NCBI GenBank assembly: GCA_963827505.1
Contig: CAWHBD010000001.1
Span: 2,731,006 to 2,795,005 of the forward strand
Length of the DNA: 64,000 nucleotides
Reading direction: 5' to 3'
Source: an uncultured Candidatus Rokubacteria bacterium
GTDB taxonomy: Bacteria; Methylomirabilota; Methylomirabilia; Rokubacteriales; CSP1-6
Shown here: in pieces, positions 38,068-48,657 of the stretch
Numbering within the stretch: the first letter of the stretch is position 1
Layout: every line of letters begins with the position of its first letter
Position numbers and translations under genes: made by a program
The notes under the pieces: generated by a model
The model's database searches: none
Told to the model about the DNA's origin: nothing
What the model saw: the letters and a program-made list of their open reading frames with translations, nothing else

Positions 38068-39113
38068 AGGAATGCCCGCTCGAGGAAGAGGACCACCCCA
38101 ACCAGCAGGATCGCCAGCGAGGAGCTCCAGATCACTCGTCGCTCCCACCGTGTCCTCCGCACGAGCACTAGCAGCGGGAGCGCCACCGCAACAACGAGGG
38201 CCTGCCCGATCTCGACGCCGGCGTTGAACCCGAAGAGCGAGAGCAGCAACCCCTGGGTCGGCAGGCCGACCTCGCGCAGGGCCGAGGAGAAGCCGAAGCC
38301 GTGAACCAGCCCGAAGCACAAGCTGACGAGCCAGCGCCGGGATACCACGGGCGTGCGGACGAGGTTCTCGGCCGCCACCAACGCGATCGACAGGGCGATG
38401 ACCGCCTCCACCAGCCGGGCGGGTAGCGCGACGACGTCCAGCACCGCGAGGACCAGCGTCACGCTGTGGGCGAGGGTGAACGCGGTGATGATCTTGGCCA
38501 GCGCGAGCCAGCCGCCACCGCGGAGCAGAAGCCCGAGGAGAAACAGCAGGTGGTCCCACCCGCTCAGGATGTGCTCGACGCCGAGCAGCACGAAGCTCGC
38601 GGCCCCCCGACCGCCGTCACCGGTGAGGCGGGTCTCGCGTGACTCGGGGGAGAACGCGAACTGCGTCGTGCGGCCGAACGCGTCGATCCGGGCCAGCGTG
38701 TGGTAATCGGCGCCGAGCACGTCGAAGAGGTCGTCACGGATCCGCAGGACACGGACCTCGCCACCGCACGTGAAGTCCACGACCAGCGTCAGGTTCTCGG
38801 GCTGAGCGGCGACGGGCTGCACCGATCCGGGCCCGGCTGCACAGCGCCGGCCCTCGGCAGCGAGCGTCACCTTCTCGCGGACGAATCCCAGCAGGCGGTC
38901 GCGACTGGCGGCGTCGCCGGCGCGCGCCTGCTGGATGGCCTGGGCCGCCGCCGGCGGCAGCGCGGCCGGCCACAGGGTGAGGCTGTAGCGTGCGCCGTCG
39001 CCGTGGACCGCAATCGCGGCGTAGCCGGTGCTGCCGCCGGTGTGCGCCAGGCCCGACCCCGCGGCGACGACCACGAGCGCGAGGGCAGCCGCGAGGGCCC
39101 TCACGGTTCTCAT
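38064..39113 (-). CDS. HupE/UreJ-family protein with a periplasmic N-domain
   Basis: Signal peptide followed by AH, GVEHILSGWDHLLFL, FTLAHSVTL, FGLVHGFGF, FNAGVEIGQ. Confidence 0.88.
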   Translation of the reverse strand: MRTVRALAAALALVVVAAGSGLAHTGGSTGYAAIAVHGDGARYSLTLWPAALPPAAAQAIQQARAGDAASRDRLLGFVREKVTLAAEGRRCAAGPGSVQPVAAQPENLTLVVDFTCGGEVRVLRIRDDLFDVLGADYHTLARIDAFGRTTQFAFSPESRETRLTGDGGRGAASFVLLGVEHILSGWDHLLFLLGLLLRGGGWLALAKIITAFTLAHSVTLVLAVLDVVALPARLVEAVIALSIALVAAENLVRTPVVSRRWLVSLCFGLVHGFGFSSALREVGLPTQGLLLSLFGFNAGVEIGQALVVAVALPLLVLVRRTRWERRVIWSSSLAILLVGVVLFLERAFL

Positions 39114-39715
39114 CGACGGCCCGCGGGGCCGGTGGTGGTCTCGCCCGCCGCCCGGGTGAGGGCGAGCAGGTTGTCGATCTGGTACTTCGGAATGGTCACC
39201 ACGACGGGACGACCGACCGCCATCACATACCGGCTCACCGTGTCGGGGGCGACCTGGCCCACGGCGTACTGCACGAGCGGCTGCGAGGCCTTCGGTCGAT
39301 AGAGCAGGATGAGGATCTCGGGCGCCGTGACGCCGTAATCGGGCCCGTCCTTGGCGAGGGCGAAGTCCCGTTCGACACGCGTTCGCGCGAAGGCGGTGAC
39401 GGCGCGCTCGATGCGCTCGGCCAGGGCCGGGTCGGCCGCGTGCTCGTGGCTCGCTTCCGCCCCGGTATGAACCCCGTGATAGAACCAGGTCCCGCTCGGG
39501 TCGCGCTCGAAGCGATGCAGACGTCCGGCATCCGCCACCTCGAGCGCGCCCAGCTGGTCCACCGACACCGGCACCAGCCGGCGCGGATCGGCGTCGGTCG
39601 CGGCCGGAGCGGCGCGACGGCGGTCGGCGTACTCGATCGCCGCGATGCCCGCGACCATTATGCCGAGCAGCCCCCAGACGATCACGAGCCGGCGACGGCG
39701 GGGGGCCACACTCAA
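39110..39715 (-). CDS. DUF4340-like membrane-anchored periplasmic protein
   Basis: N-terminal TM helix, DYGVTAP, and VVTIPKYQIDNL; follows gldG with overlap. Confidence 0.6.
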   Translation of the reverse strand: MSVAPRRRRLVIVWGLLGIMVAGIAAIEYADRRRAAPAATDADPRRLVPVSVDQLGALEVADAGRLHRFERDPSGTWFYHGVHTGAEASHEHAADPALAERIERAVTAFARTRVERDFALAKDGPDYGVTAPEILILLYRPKASQPLVQYAVGQVAPDTVSRYVMAVGRPVVVTIPKYQIDNLLALTRAAGETTTGPAGRR

Positions 39716-41297
39716 TGCTGCTTCCACCACACCGCCGTGCCGACCACGGCCAGCAGGGCGGGGACGAGCAGCACCGACACGAAGAACGTGCCCTTCATCT
39801 GTCGGTTGGTGAGGTTGACCCGGGGCAGGTCGGCGGTGCGCGGCTGGATGCCGATCAGGTTCTCCTGCGCGGCCAGGTAGTTCACCGTGTTCAGGAACAG
39901 CGTGCCGTTGCCCATGATGTGGAAGAACGAGTTCGTGGCGAAGTCCGAGTCGCCCACCACGGCGATGCGGGATCGGCGAGCCCTCGGGCGTCGGCGCGCC
40001 GTCGTCGCCGCCGGGCCGCCGCAGGGCGGTCACCATCAGCGTGGCCGGGCCCGGCCGGTCGCGGCCTTCGACGAAGCCGACGCGATCCTGGCTCGCCTGG
40101 CCCCAGCTGTTCTGCGACGAGTTGACGAGCGGCACGACGGAGGTGCCCGGCACCCGCTGCGGATGTCGGGGAGAGCGAGCGCACGCCCGGGAAGAAGGTC
40201 AGCGGCAGGTCGCGGGTGATCTGGTGGCGGTTGTAGTCGCTGACCGCCGGCGCGGAGACGTCCGCCCAGAAGTGGCTCGCCTCGTCGATGACGATGTCGT
40301 CATCGACCACCACGCCGTACTCGCGGAGCACGGGCTCGAGCCCGGTCGTCACGAACGGGATCGAGCATGAAGAACGCATTGCCGCCCCCGGCCAGGTACG
40401 CGGCGATCGCCTCGACCTCGACCGGCAGCAGCGGCCAGCTTCGGCCCCGCCACGACCAGCACGGCGCAGTCGGCGAGGCGCGTTCGCACGCTGCACGAGC
40501 AGGACCTTCTGCGACCTGATAGTTCAGCGGTCTCCAGCGCGTGGCGGGCCTTGGCCATGCCGTGCCGCTCGTGCAGCACGTACTTGGCGCCCAGCCCGTG
40601 CGAGTGACCGGGCGCGCCTTCCAGATGGTCGTGCGATTCCAGGCTGAACGGATCCGGCTCCCCGTGGCCGTCGAGAAAGCACACCCGCTGGCGAGGCCGC
40701 CTGCGACACGCGCAGGATGCCGTTGGCGATATCCGTCTCGCGGCCGCCGTTGACCTGCAGCCGGCGGCCCTCCGCTTCCAGGACGGCGGTGCCGGCGAAG
40801 TTGACGCCGAGCATCCGCGCCTGGGCAGGGTTGATCATCGGATCGTAGAACTCGACGGTCACGAGCCGGTTCTGGCGAGCGATCAGCTCGTAGAGCTCGA
40901 CCGTCTCCCGCATCATCGGATCGTGGAAAAACGTGATGCGCACCGGCCGGCTCGAGCCGCTTCAGCATCGTGACCGTCGGCTCGGACAGGGAGTACAGGC
41001 CGGCGCTGGTCAGGTCGAACCGGAACGGAAAGCGCACGGACAGGTAGGCCAGCGCCAGCAGCACGCCGATCACACCCGCTGTGTACAGGGCGATCTCGCC
41101 CCGGCGCCGGCGGACCAGGGCGCCCAGCTCCCCGCGCAGGCCCGACGGCGCCGACGGCCGTCAACAGCGCGCCCGGCCCCACCAGGAGCATCGTCCAGCC
41201 AACCGGCTCCAGGAGGATCAGCGTGCAGGACGAGCGCCGCCGCCAGCAGCATGACGCCGGCCAGGAGGATCAGCCCCGCGCGGTAGGAACGATCCAC
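39712..41297 (-). CDS. GldG-like ABC auxiliary periplasmic protein (several frameshifts, probably sequencing indels)
   Basis: RFDLTSAGLYSLSEPT, EFYDP, FLDGHGE, VVGDSDFATN, NTVNYLAAQENLIGIQPR, and a C-terminal TM. Confidence 0.8.
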
Positions 41298-41298
41298 C

Positions 41299-42002
41299 TC
41301 AGCGGCGCCACTGCAGGTAGCCGGCGCTCAGCGTCAGGGCGATCGCGGACACGATCAGGAAGAAGGCGACCGCCTCGGTGCGCACCAGCCCCTGGATGAA
41401 GTCGGTGAAGTGCAGCGCGAACGAGAGGTAACCGACCAGGCCCCGCAGCTCGGGCGACCGCTGGAAGGTCTGCAGGTGGCCGACGAACCAGAAGGCCAGC
41501 AGCACCGCCGCGGTGAGCAGCGCGGCCACGATCTGGTTGTGGGTCAGCGTCGAGAAGAACAGGCCGATCGCCAGGCAGGCCATCCCGAGCAGCACGAATC
41601 CGAGGTAGCCGGCCACGATGGTCGTGGTCTCGGGCGTTCCGAACAGGTAGAGCGGGACCAGATCGATCAGGGTGCCGGCCGTGATGGCCAGCAAGATCGT
41701 CACCGCGCCCAGGAACTTTCCGGCCACGATCTGCCACGGCGTCAGCGGCAGGGTCAGCAGCAGCTCGGCGGTCCCCGCACCGTGCTCGGCGGCCAGCAGC
41801 CGCATCGAGATCACCGGCGCCAGGGTCAGGAGCAGGATGCCCATGTTCTGGAACGTCCCCGCCATGCCGGTCTCGCCGGTCAGGAAGACGTTGTAGAGGA
41901 AGAAATAACCCGTGCCGAGCAGGAACACGGCGACCACGTAGTAGGCGATCGGCGAGCGAAAGTAGCTGGCGAGCTCCTTCTGGTACAGGGCGAGCGTGCC
42001 GC

Positions 42003-42006
<4 letters not shown>
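41299..42006 (-). CDS. GldF-like ABC-2 permease
   Basis: KELASYFRSPIAY, ISMRLLAAE, ELLLTLP, VAGKFLG. Confidence 0.88.
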
Positions 42007-42977
<971 letters not shown>

Positions 42978-42991
42978 GATGGAAACAAGAA

Positions 42992-43013
42992 GGCCCCCCG
43001 AAACCGGGGGGCC
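42992..43013 (-). terminator. Intrinsic terminator-like hairpin after the lactonase gene
   Basis: GGCCCCCCG-N4-CGGGGGGCC followed on the minus strand by TTCTTGTTT. Confidence 0.6.
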
Positions 43014-43040
43014 CTCCGACACCCTCCAGTGGGGATGGCG

Positions 43041-43904
43041 CTACTTAAACCACTTGCCGCCCTTGGCCTTGTACTGGTCCTGGTCGTGACCGAAAAAGAG
43101 CTCGGCGCTCTCGAGGTCGCGGATCATCTTCAGCCGGCCGATGGAGTTGTTGTAGTCCTTGACGCTGTAGTTGAGCCCGGCCGGGTAGCCGTCAAGGTTC
43201 TCCTGCATCCAGATGGCGTCCTGGGCCATGACCAGCGTCTGGCCGCTGGCCAGCTTCACCTTGACCGACTGGTGGCCGAGAGTGTGGCCGGGCGTGCTGA
43301 GGATCGTGACGGAGCCGTCGCCGAACAGGTCGTAGTCGCCGTCGAGCTCCAGGTAGTTGAAGTCCCGGGCCTCGCCGTCGAAGTCGCCCATCACGAACAC
43401 GCCGCCGCCCCGCTGGAACTTCTCGGGCCACCACGCCTGATACAGCTCCTTCTTCTGGAGGACGTGGAGGGCCTTGGGAAAGAGCTTGATGTTGCCGATG
43501 TGGTCGAGGTGGGAGTGCGAGGTGATGACGACCTTCACCTTGTCCGCCGCGTAGCCGAGCTTCTGCAGCTGCCGGTCGATGACGTCGTCGCGCTTCTGGC
43601 TCGGCTTGAGACCGTCGCAGTTGCCGGGCGCCCAGTGGGTCTTGCACTGCCCGTCCGAGATCTTGGCGTTGTTGCCGGTGTCGAAGACGACAAGCCCCTT
43701 CGGGTGATCGATGATCCAGACGCTCACCGGAATCGTGACGTCGCGGGCCTTCTCCTTGGGCACGGTCGGAATCAGGTCCTGGATGTTGAAGGGACCGAAG
43801 AAGCCGCTGGTGCCCCAGTACACGGCCTTGACCTGGGCGAGTGCGGAGGAGGGGGCGGCGAACACGAGCGCGAGCAGCGCCGCGACGATCCCGAGCTTCT
43901 TCAT
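43041..43904 (-). CDS. N-acyl-homoserine lactonase family (AiiA/AttM-like MBL fold) with signal peptide
   Basis: MKKLGIVAALLALVFAAPSSALA, VFDTG, SHSHLDHIG, DLFGDG, TPGHTLGHQS, AQDA. Confidence 0.85.
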   Translation of the reverse strand: MKKLGIVAALLALVFAAPSSALAQVKAVYWGTSGFFGPFNIQDLIPTVPKEKARDVTIPVSVWIIDHPKGLVVFDTGNNAKISDGQCKTHWAPGNCDGLKPSQKRDDVIDRQLQKLGYAADKVKVVITSHSHLDHIGNIKLFPKALHVLQKKELYQAWWPEKFQRGGGVFVMGDFDGEARDFNYLELDGDYDLFGDGSVTILSTPGHTLGHQSVKVKLASGQTLVMAQDAIWMQENLDGYPAGLNYSVKDYNNSIGRLKMIRDLESAELFFGHDQDQYKAKGGKWFK

Positions 43905-43918
43905 GGACCGATCTCCTT

Positions 43919-43939
43919 TGATCACCAACTGATCACCAA
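43919..43939. promoter_or_regulatory. Tandem direct repeat TGATCACCAA x2 (11-bp period) abutting the lactonase RBS
   Basis: 43919-43928 and 43930-43939 are identical. Confidence 0.55.
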
Positions 43940-44050
43940 TGTCATCGATCGAGCCGGATGCCAGGACGCGACCGAACGATAGCGCGAGGTCTCTTCGACT
44001 GTCAAGATCGCGGAAAGGCGATGGTACTCTAGCGGCCCCGAGGAGAGCCC

Positions 44051-45034
44051 ATGGCACTCAAGATCGGCTTCATCCCCATCGAGGGCGGGCACTACTACCG
44101 CGAGGCGCTGGAGGAGGTCACCCGGGCCGAGGAGCTCGGCTTCGACTCCGTCTGGATGGAGGAGCATCACTCGGTCACCGACCACTACTGGCCCTCGCCC
44201 ATCCCCGTGCTGGCCGGCTTCGCCACCCGCACCTCACGGCTTGTGCTCGGCACCGACATCATCGTCGCCGCCTTCCACCACCCGGTACGGCTGGCCGAGG
44301 ACGCCGTGATGCTCGATGCCATCTCCAACGGTCGGTTCGTGCTGGGCATCGCCATTGGCTACAAGCCCGACGAATTCGCCCTCTACGGCGTCGATCTCGA
44401 GAAGCGTGGCGCCCGGTTCGAGGAACAGCTGGCCATCATGAAGGGCCTGTGGACCCAGGAGCGGATCCAGTTCAAGGGCACGTACTACACGCTCGAGGGC
44501 CGGCTGGAGCCCAAGCCCGTGCAGAAGCCCCACCCGCCGGTGTGGATCGGCGGCTGGGGCGACATCACCCTGCGCCGGGCCGCCACCCTGGCCGACAACT
44601 GGATTCCCGGCCCGACGGCCGACCTCGCGCGGCTGCTGGCCGGCAAGCGGCAGTTCCTGGAGCAGCGGCAGGCCGCGGGCCGGCCGGCACCGGTCGAGTG
44701 GCCGCTGACGCGCGACGTGATCATCGCCGACACGGACCGGGAGGCTCGGGCGCTCGCTGAGGAGCACATCATGGTGGCCTACCGCCGCGAATACGCCGGC
44801 GGCTGGCGGCACCCGTTCATCGACGCCTCGATCGCCACCAACCTCGACAAGCTGATGGCCGACCGGTTCATCATCGGGGGTCCCGAGCAGTGCCTGACCC
44901 GCATTCAGCGGTTCGTCGAGCAGTACGGCATGACCCACCTGATCTGCCGGATGTTCTTCCCGGGCATGGCGCACGCCCGAATCATGCGTGGACTCGAGCT
45001 CATTTCGCGCGAGATCATGCCGGTTTTTCGGTGA
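44051..45034 (+). CDS. LLM-class flavin-dependent oxidoreductase
   Basis: AEELGFDSVWMEEHH, HPVRLAED, SNGRFVLGIAIGY, PVQKPHPPVWIGG. Confidence 0.9.
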   Translation: MALKIGFIPIEGGHYYREALEEVTRAEELGFDSVWMEEHHSVTDHYWPSPIPVLAGFATRTSRLVLGTDIIVAAFHHPVRLAEDAVMLDAISNGRFVLGIAIGYKPDEFALYGVDLEKRGARFEEQLAIMKGLWTQERIQFKGTYYTLEGRLEPKPVQKPHPPVWIGGWGDITLRRAATLADNWIPGPTADLARLLAGKRQFLEQRQAAGRPAPVEWPLTRDVIIADTDREARALAEEHIMVAYRREYAGGWRHPFIDASIATNLDKLMADRFIIGGPEQCLTRIQRFVEQYGMTHLICRMFFPGMAHARIMRGLELISREIMPVFR

Positions 45035-45117
45035 CCTACGGGTCAGACCAAATGCTGGCGGAGTCCTAACTATGTGATATACTGAGCCTTGCCGGTTCCC
45101 GATGACGGCGAGGGGGA

Positions 45118-46179
45118 GTGATTCCGATCGCTCAGACCACCTATCGGATCGATCGTTCGTACGCGTGGAACTACGAGCACGCGCCCAAGCTTCCACGCGT
45201 GCGCCGGCTGCCCGCACCACCCGGCGCTCGGCTGTTCAACTATGCGCTCAACTCGCCGCTGGGCATCGCGGCCGGCCCGCTGCTGAACTCCAAGTGGGTT
45301 GAGGCGTATGCTCGCGTTGGATTCGACGTCCTGACCTACGCGACCGTCCGGAGCAGCTTCTCCCCGGCCCATGCGCTGCCGAACATCCGACCGGTCGAGA
45401 ACCGCGAGCAGGCCGCGGTGGCGACCCGGCGGCCGGGGCTCAACGGCAACCTGACGCTGGCCGTCTCGCTGGGAACGCCCTCGATGGAGCCCGACGTGTG
45501 GCGCAAGGACGTGCGGCGCGCCCGGGAGCGCATCGGTAAGGGCCAGGTGCTGATCGTCAGCGTGCTGGGCACCGTACCGCCAGGCGGGGACCGGGAGGCG
45601 CTCATCGCCGACTACGCGCTCTGCGCACGGTGGGCCGCCGAGGCAGGCGCCGATGTCATCGAGGTGCACTTGGCGTGGCCCGACCCCTTCGCGGACCAGC
45701 CGCAGGCGATCTACGAGAACCTGCCGCTGTCCGCCCAGATCCTCTACCGGGTCCGTACGAGCGTGAGCGTCCCGGTCGTGGCCAAGTTCGGGGCCTTCCG
45801 CACACCGCGGCTCCTGCACGACACCGCCACCAAGCTGGCGGCGTGGGCCAGCGGCTTCACGCTCGTGCACGGCTTCCAGCGCCGAGTGATCGACGAGGCC
45901 GGCGCGGTCGCCTTCGACGGGGCCGGCCGCGACCGCGCCGACATCGTGGGGGCCGACACCTTCGCGGCAGCGTCCCGGCAGACCCTGGAGCTGATCGCGT
46001 GGAGGCGGGCCGGGTGCTGGGACCGCGCGGTCCTGGCCGTCGGTGGCATCACCACCGCCGAGCGGGCCCACGAGATGCTGCGCGAGAGCGCCGACGCCGT
46101 CCTGGTCGCCACCGCGGCTCTGTCGGCACCAATGCTGGCCGTCCGCTTCCGCGAGCAGCGAGCCACCGCCGTCGCGTGA
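45118..46179 (+). CDS. Dihydroorotate dehydrogenase-like FMN TIM-barrel protein with a degenerate active site
   Basis: SPLGIAAGPLLN, GFDVLTYATVRS, LIVSV, AVGGITT. The NxSCPN motif is replaced by HLAWPD. Confidence 0.7.
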   Translation: MIPIAQTTYRIDRSYAWNYEHAPKLPRVRRLPAPPGARLFNYALNSPLGIAAGPLLNSKWVEAYARVGFDVLTYATVRSSFSPAHALPNIRPVENREQAAVATRRPGLNGNLTLAVSLGTPSMEPDVWRKDVRRARERIGKGQVLIVSVLGTVPPGGDREALIADYALCARWAAEAGADVIEVHLAWPDPFADQPQAIYENLPLSAQILYRVRTSVSVPVVAKFGAFRTPRLLHDTATKLAAWASGFTLVHGFQRRVIDEAGAVAFDGAGRDRADIVGADTFAAASRQTLELIAWRRAGCWDRAVLAVGGITTAERAHEMLRESADAVLVATAALSAPMLAVRFREQRATAVA

Positions 46180-46280
46180 GATCGGTGCCGGGGGAGCATC
46201 TTTCTCCCGGGCCCCGGCAGTCGCGTCTGCACTGCGAATAAGTTTCGTACCCGGCGGTGTCCCCCCTACTGTAGTCAGCG

Positions 46281-47609
46281 GTGAAAAGCCTGCCGCGTGC
46301 GTGCGCGAGATTCCGGGCTCTGACGCTGTGCGGCTCGCTCGTGCTCGCCGGCGTCGCTCCGCAGCCGGCGTGGGCCGGAGCGCCAACCGACGCCATGCGG
46401 GACTTCTTCGGCGCCGTCAACATCGTGCTCGCCAACCCCCGCACCGAGGATCAGCCGCTCGAGCGACTGCGGGCCATCCGACGGCACGTCGACGACGTCT
46501 TCGACTTCCGCGAAGCCGCCCGGCTCGCGCTGGGTCGCGAGTGGTCGGCGCACACCGCTGCCGAGCAGAACGAGTTCGTCGCCCTCTTCGCCGATCTCCT
46601 CGAGCGCTCCTTCGTCTGGCGCGTGGCCGGTAAGGCCGCCCTCGGTGGTGGCGTCAAGGTGCAGTACGGCGGCGAGACGGTGGAGGGTGACACCGCCACC
46701 GTCGAGACCGCGATCGCCGCTCGCGAAGGCAGCGATCTCCGACTCGACTTCCGCATGGTGTGGCGGGCCGACCGGTGGGTCGTGCGGGACGTCGTGATGG
46801 ACGGCGTCAGCACGATGGAGAACTACCACGCGCAGTTCCAGCGGGTGGTGCGCGACAGCTCGTGGCGCGACCTCATGGGGCAGCTGCGGGCCAAGGTCAG
46901 CGTCACCGCCGTTCAAGTGGCGGCCGAGCCGGCGTCGCCGCCGCGGTCTGGTGTCCTCGCGGCCGGACCGGCTGCCCCGCCCGACCTCGATCGTTCCGTG
47001 GATGAGCGCCAGGCCATCGCACGCGACGTCGCCGCAGTGATCACGCCGGGCCTGGCCTCCCGCGACATCGCGCCGCTGCTGCCGCTGCGGCCGCCGGCCT
47101 TCGCCGAGCCCGAGCGCCGGGTCTCGCCACCGCCGCCGCCCGTGGCCCCGATACCCGCGACCGTGCCGCCCGTTGTCGCCGGCCCCGTGGCCGCTCTCGA
47201 TAACGTGGAGGCCTCTCGGCCGGCCCGAATGAGCGACGGGGAGCCCGGTCGGCTCGAGGCCGCGCGACCCGCGCGTAGCATCGAGCCGGTGCGACTCGTG
47301 CCGCCGGTGACCGCCGCGCTGCTCGCCGAGCCGCCCAGCCGACCGCCGGCCGCACGGCCGGTGGTCGCGCGCGCCACGCCCACGGCGCCAGGGTTCTGGA
47401 TCCAGGTCGGCGCCTTCCGCAGCCCGACGACGGCGGGACGCGTCGCCGAGCGGGTGCAGGGTGAGATCCTGGTCGCGCCCGCCGGCACTCCCACGGAGCC
47501 GCTGGTCCGCGTGCGGGTCGGTCAGTTCGCGAGCCGGGCCGAGGCCATCGCCAGGCTCCGCGAGTTTCAGAGCCTCGGTTACCAGCCCGTTATCGCCGCC
47601 GAACGCTGA
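46281..47609 (+). CDS. MlaC/Ttg2D-like domain fused via a Pro-rich linker to a SPOR domain
   Basis: FDFREAARLALGREW, WVVRDVVMDGVSTMENYHAQF; C-terminal WIQVGAFRS...RVRVGQFASRAEA. Confidence 0.8.
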   Translation: MKSLPRACARFRALTLCGSLVLAGVAPQPAWAGAPTDAMRDFFGAVNIVLANPRTEDQPLERLRAIRRHVDDVFDFREAARLALGREWSAHTAAEQNEFVALFADLLERSFVWRVAGKAALGGGVKVQYGGETVEGDTATVETAIAAREGSDLRLDFRMVWRADRWVVRDVVMDGVSTMENYHAQFQRVVRDSSWRDLMGQLRAKVSVTAVQVAAEPASPPRSGVLAAGPAAPPDLDRSVDERQAIARDVAAVITPGLASRDIAPLLPLRPPAFAEPERRVSPPPPPVAPIPATVPPVVAGPVAALDNVEASRPARMSDGEPGRLEAARPARSIEPVRLVPPVTAALLAEPPSRPPAARPVVARATPTAPGFWIQVGAFRSPTTAGRVAERVQGEILVAPAGTPTEPLVRVRVGQFASRAEAIARLREFQSLGYQPVIAAER

Positions 47610-47667
47610 GCCCGCGGACCCGACCGGGTCCCCGTACTGACCATCGACGCGTGATACGCTAGCGCGC

Positions 47668-48657
47668 GTGCGCTGGCTGATCGTCCTGCCGTTCGCACGG
47701 CCGGGACTGATGGGGGTCGATTTCGGCGACGAGCTCCGCGAGCTCGGCCACGAGGTCCGGCTCTTCTCCTATCGGCGCGACAATCCGCTCTACAAGAACA
47801 CGCCCACCAAGGCCGCCTACCAGCAGCTCATCCTGCGCCGCCTGGAGCGGGTGTGCGCCGACTGGCGGCCGGAGATGGCCCTGGTCATCAAGGGCGGTCC
47901 GATCAGCCCCGGAGTCATCGCGCGCGTGCGCGCCCGGCACGGCACGCGCTTCGTCAACGTCTTCCCCGACAACCCGCTGTGGATGATCCCGTTCGAGTGC
48001 ATCGAGGCCTACGACGTCTTCTTCACCAAGGAACGCTACGCGATGCGCTCGCTGCAGTCGGTGGGGCTACGCAATCTGCACTACCTGCCGATGTACTGCG
48101 TCCCCACCTTGCACCACCCGGTCACCCCCACCGACGAGGAGCGGCAGCGTTTCGGTGCCGGCGTCTCGCTGGTCGGCAACCGCTACGACTACCGCGAGCG
48201 TCTCGTGCGAGAGCTGGCCGACCGCCCCCTGCGCGTGTGGGGCGGCGGCTGGCGCGGCGCCACCGATCCCGCGGTGCGCCGGGTCGTGGCTGGCGGCGCG
48301 GTGTTCGGCCACGACAAGCTCTGTGTGTACGCCTCCTCCACGCTATCGCTGAACCCTCACCACCCGATGAACGACATCGTCGGCGTCAACACGCGCGCCT
48401 TCGAGCTGGCCGCGGCCGGCGCTTGCCAGGTGGCGGATTTCAAGGAGGACCTGACGACGCTCTTCAAGCCGGGCGAGGAGGTGCTGCTCTACCGCGACCT
48501 CGCCGAGATGGGACGGCTGCTCGACACCTACCTGGCCCGGCCCGACGAGGCCCGCGCCATCGGAGCCAATGCGCGCCGCCGCGCCCTCGCCGAACACACG
48601 CTGCGGCACCGCGTGGACGAGATGCTGGCCGTGATCCAGGCCCGCTGCGCGCGATGA
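47668..48657 (+). CDS. CgeB-family glycosyltransferase
   Basis: FPDNP, VSLVGNRY, VNTRAFELAAAG, ALAEHTLRHR. Confidence 0.82.
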   Translation: MRWLIVLPFARPGLMGVDFGDELRELGHEVRLFSYRRDNPLYKNTPTKAAYQQLILRRLERVCADWRPEMALVIKGGPISPGVIARVRARHGTRFVNVFPDNPLWMIPFECIEAYDVFFTKERYAMRSLQSVGLRNLHYLPMYCVPTLHHPVTPTDEERQRFGAGVSLVGNRYDYRERLVRELADRPLRVWGGGWRGATDPAVRRVVAGGAVFGHDKLCVYASSTLSLNPHHPMNDIVGVNTRAFELAAAGACQVADFKEDLTTLFKPGEEVLLYRDLAEMGRLLDTYLARPDEARAIGANARRRALAEHTLRHRVDEMLAVIQARCAR

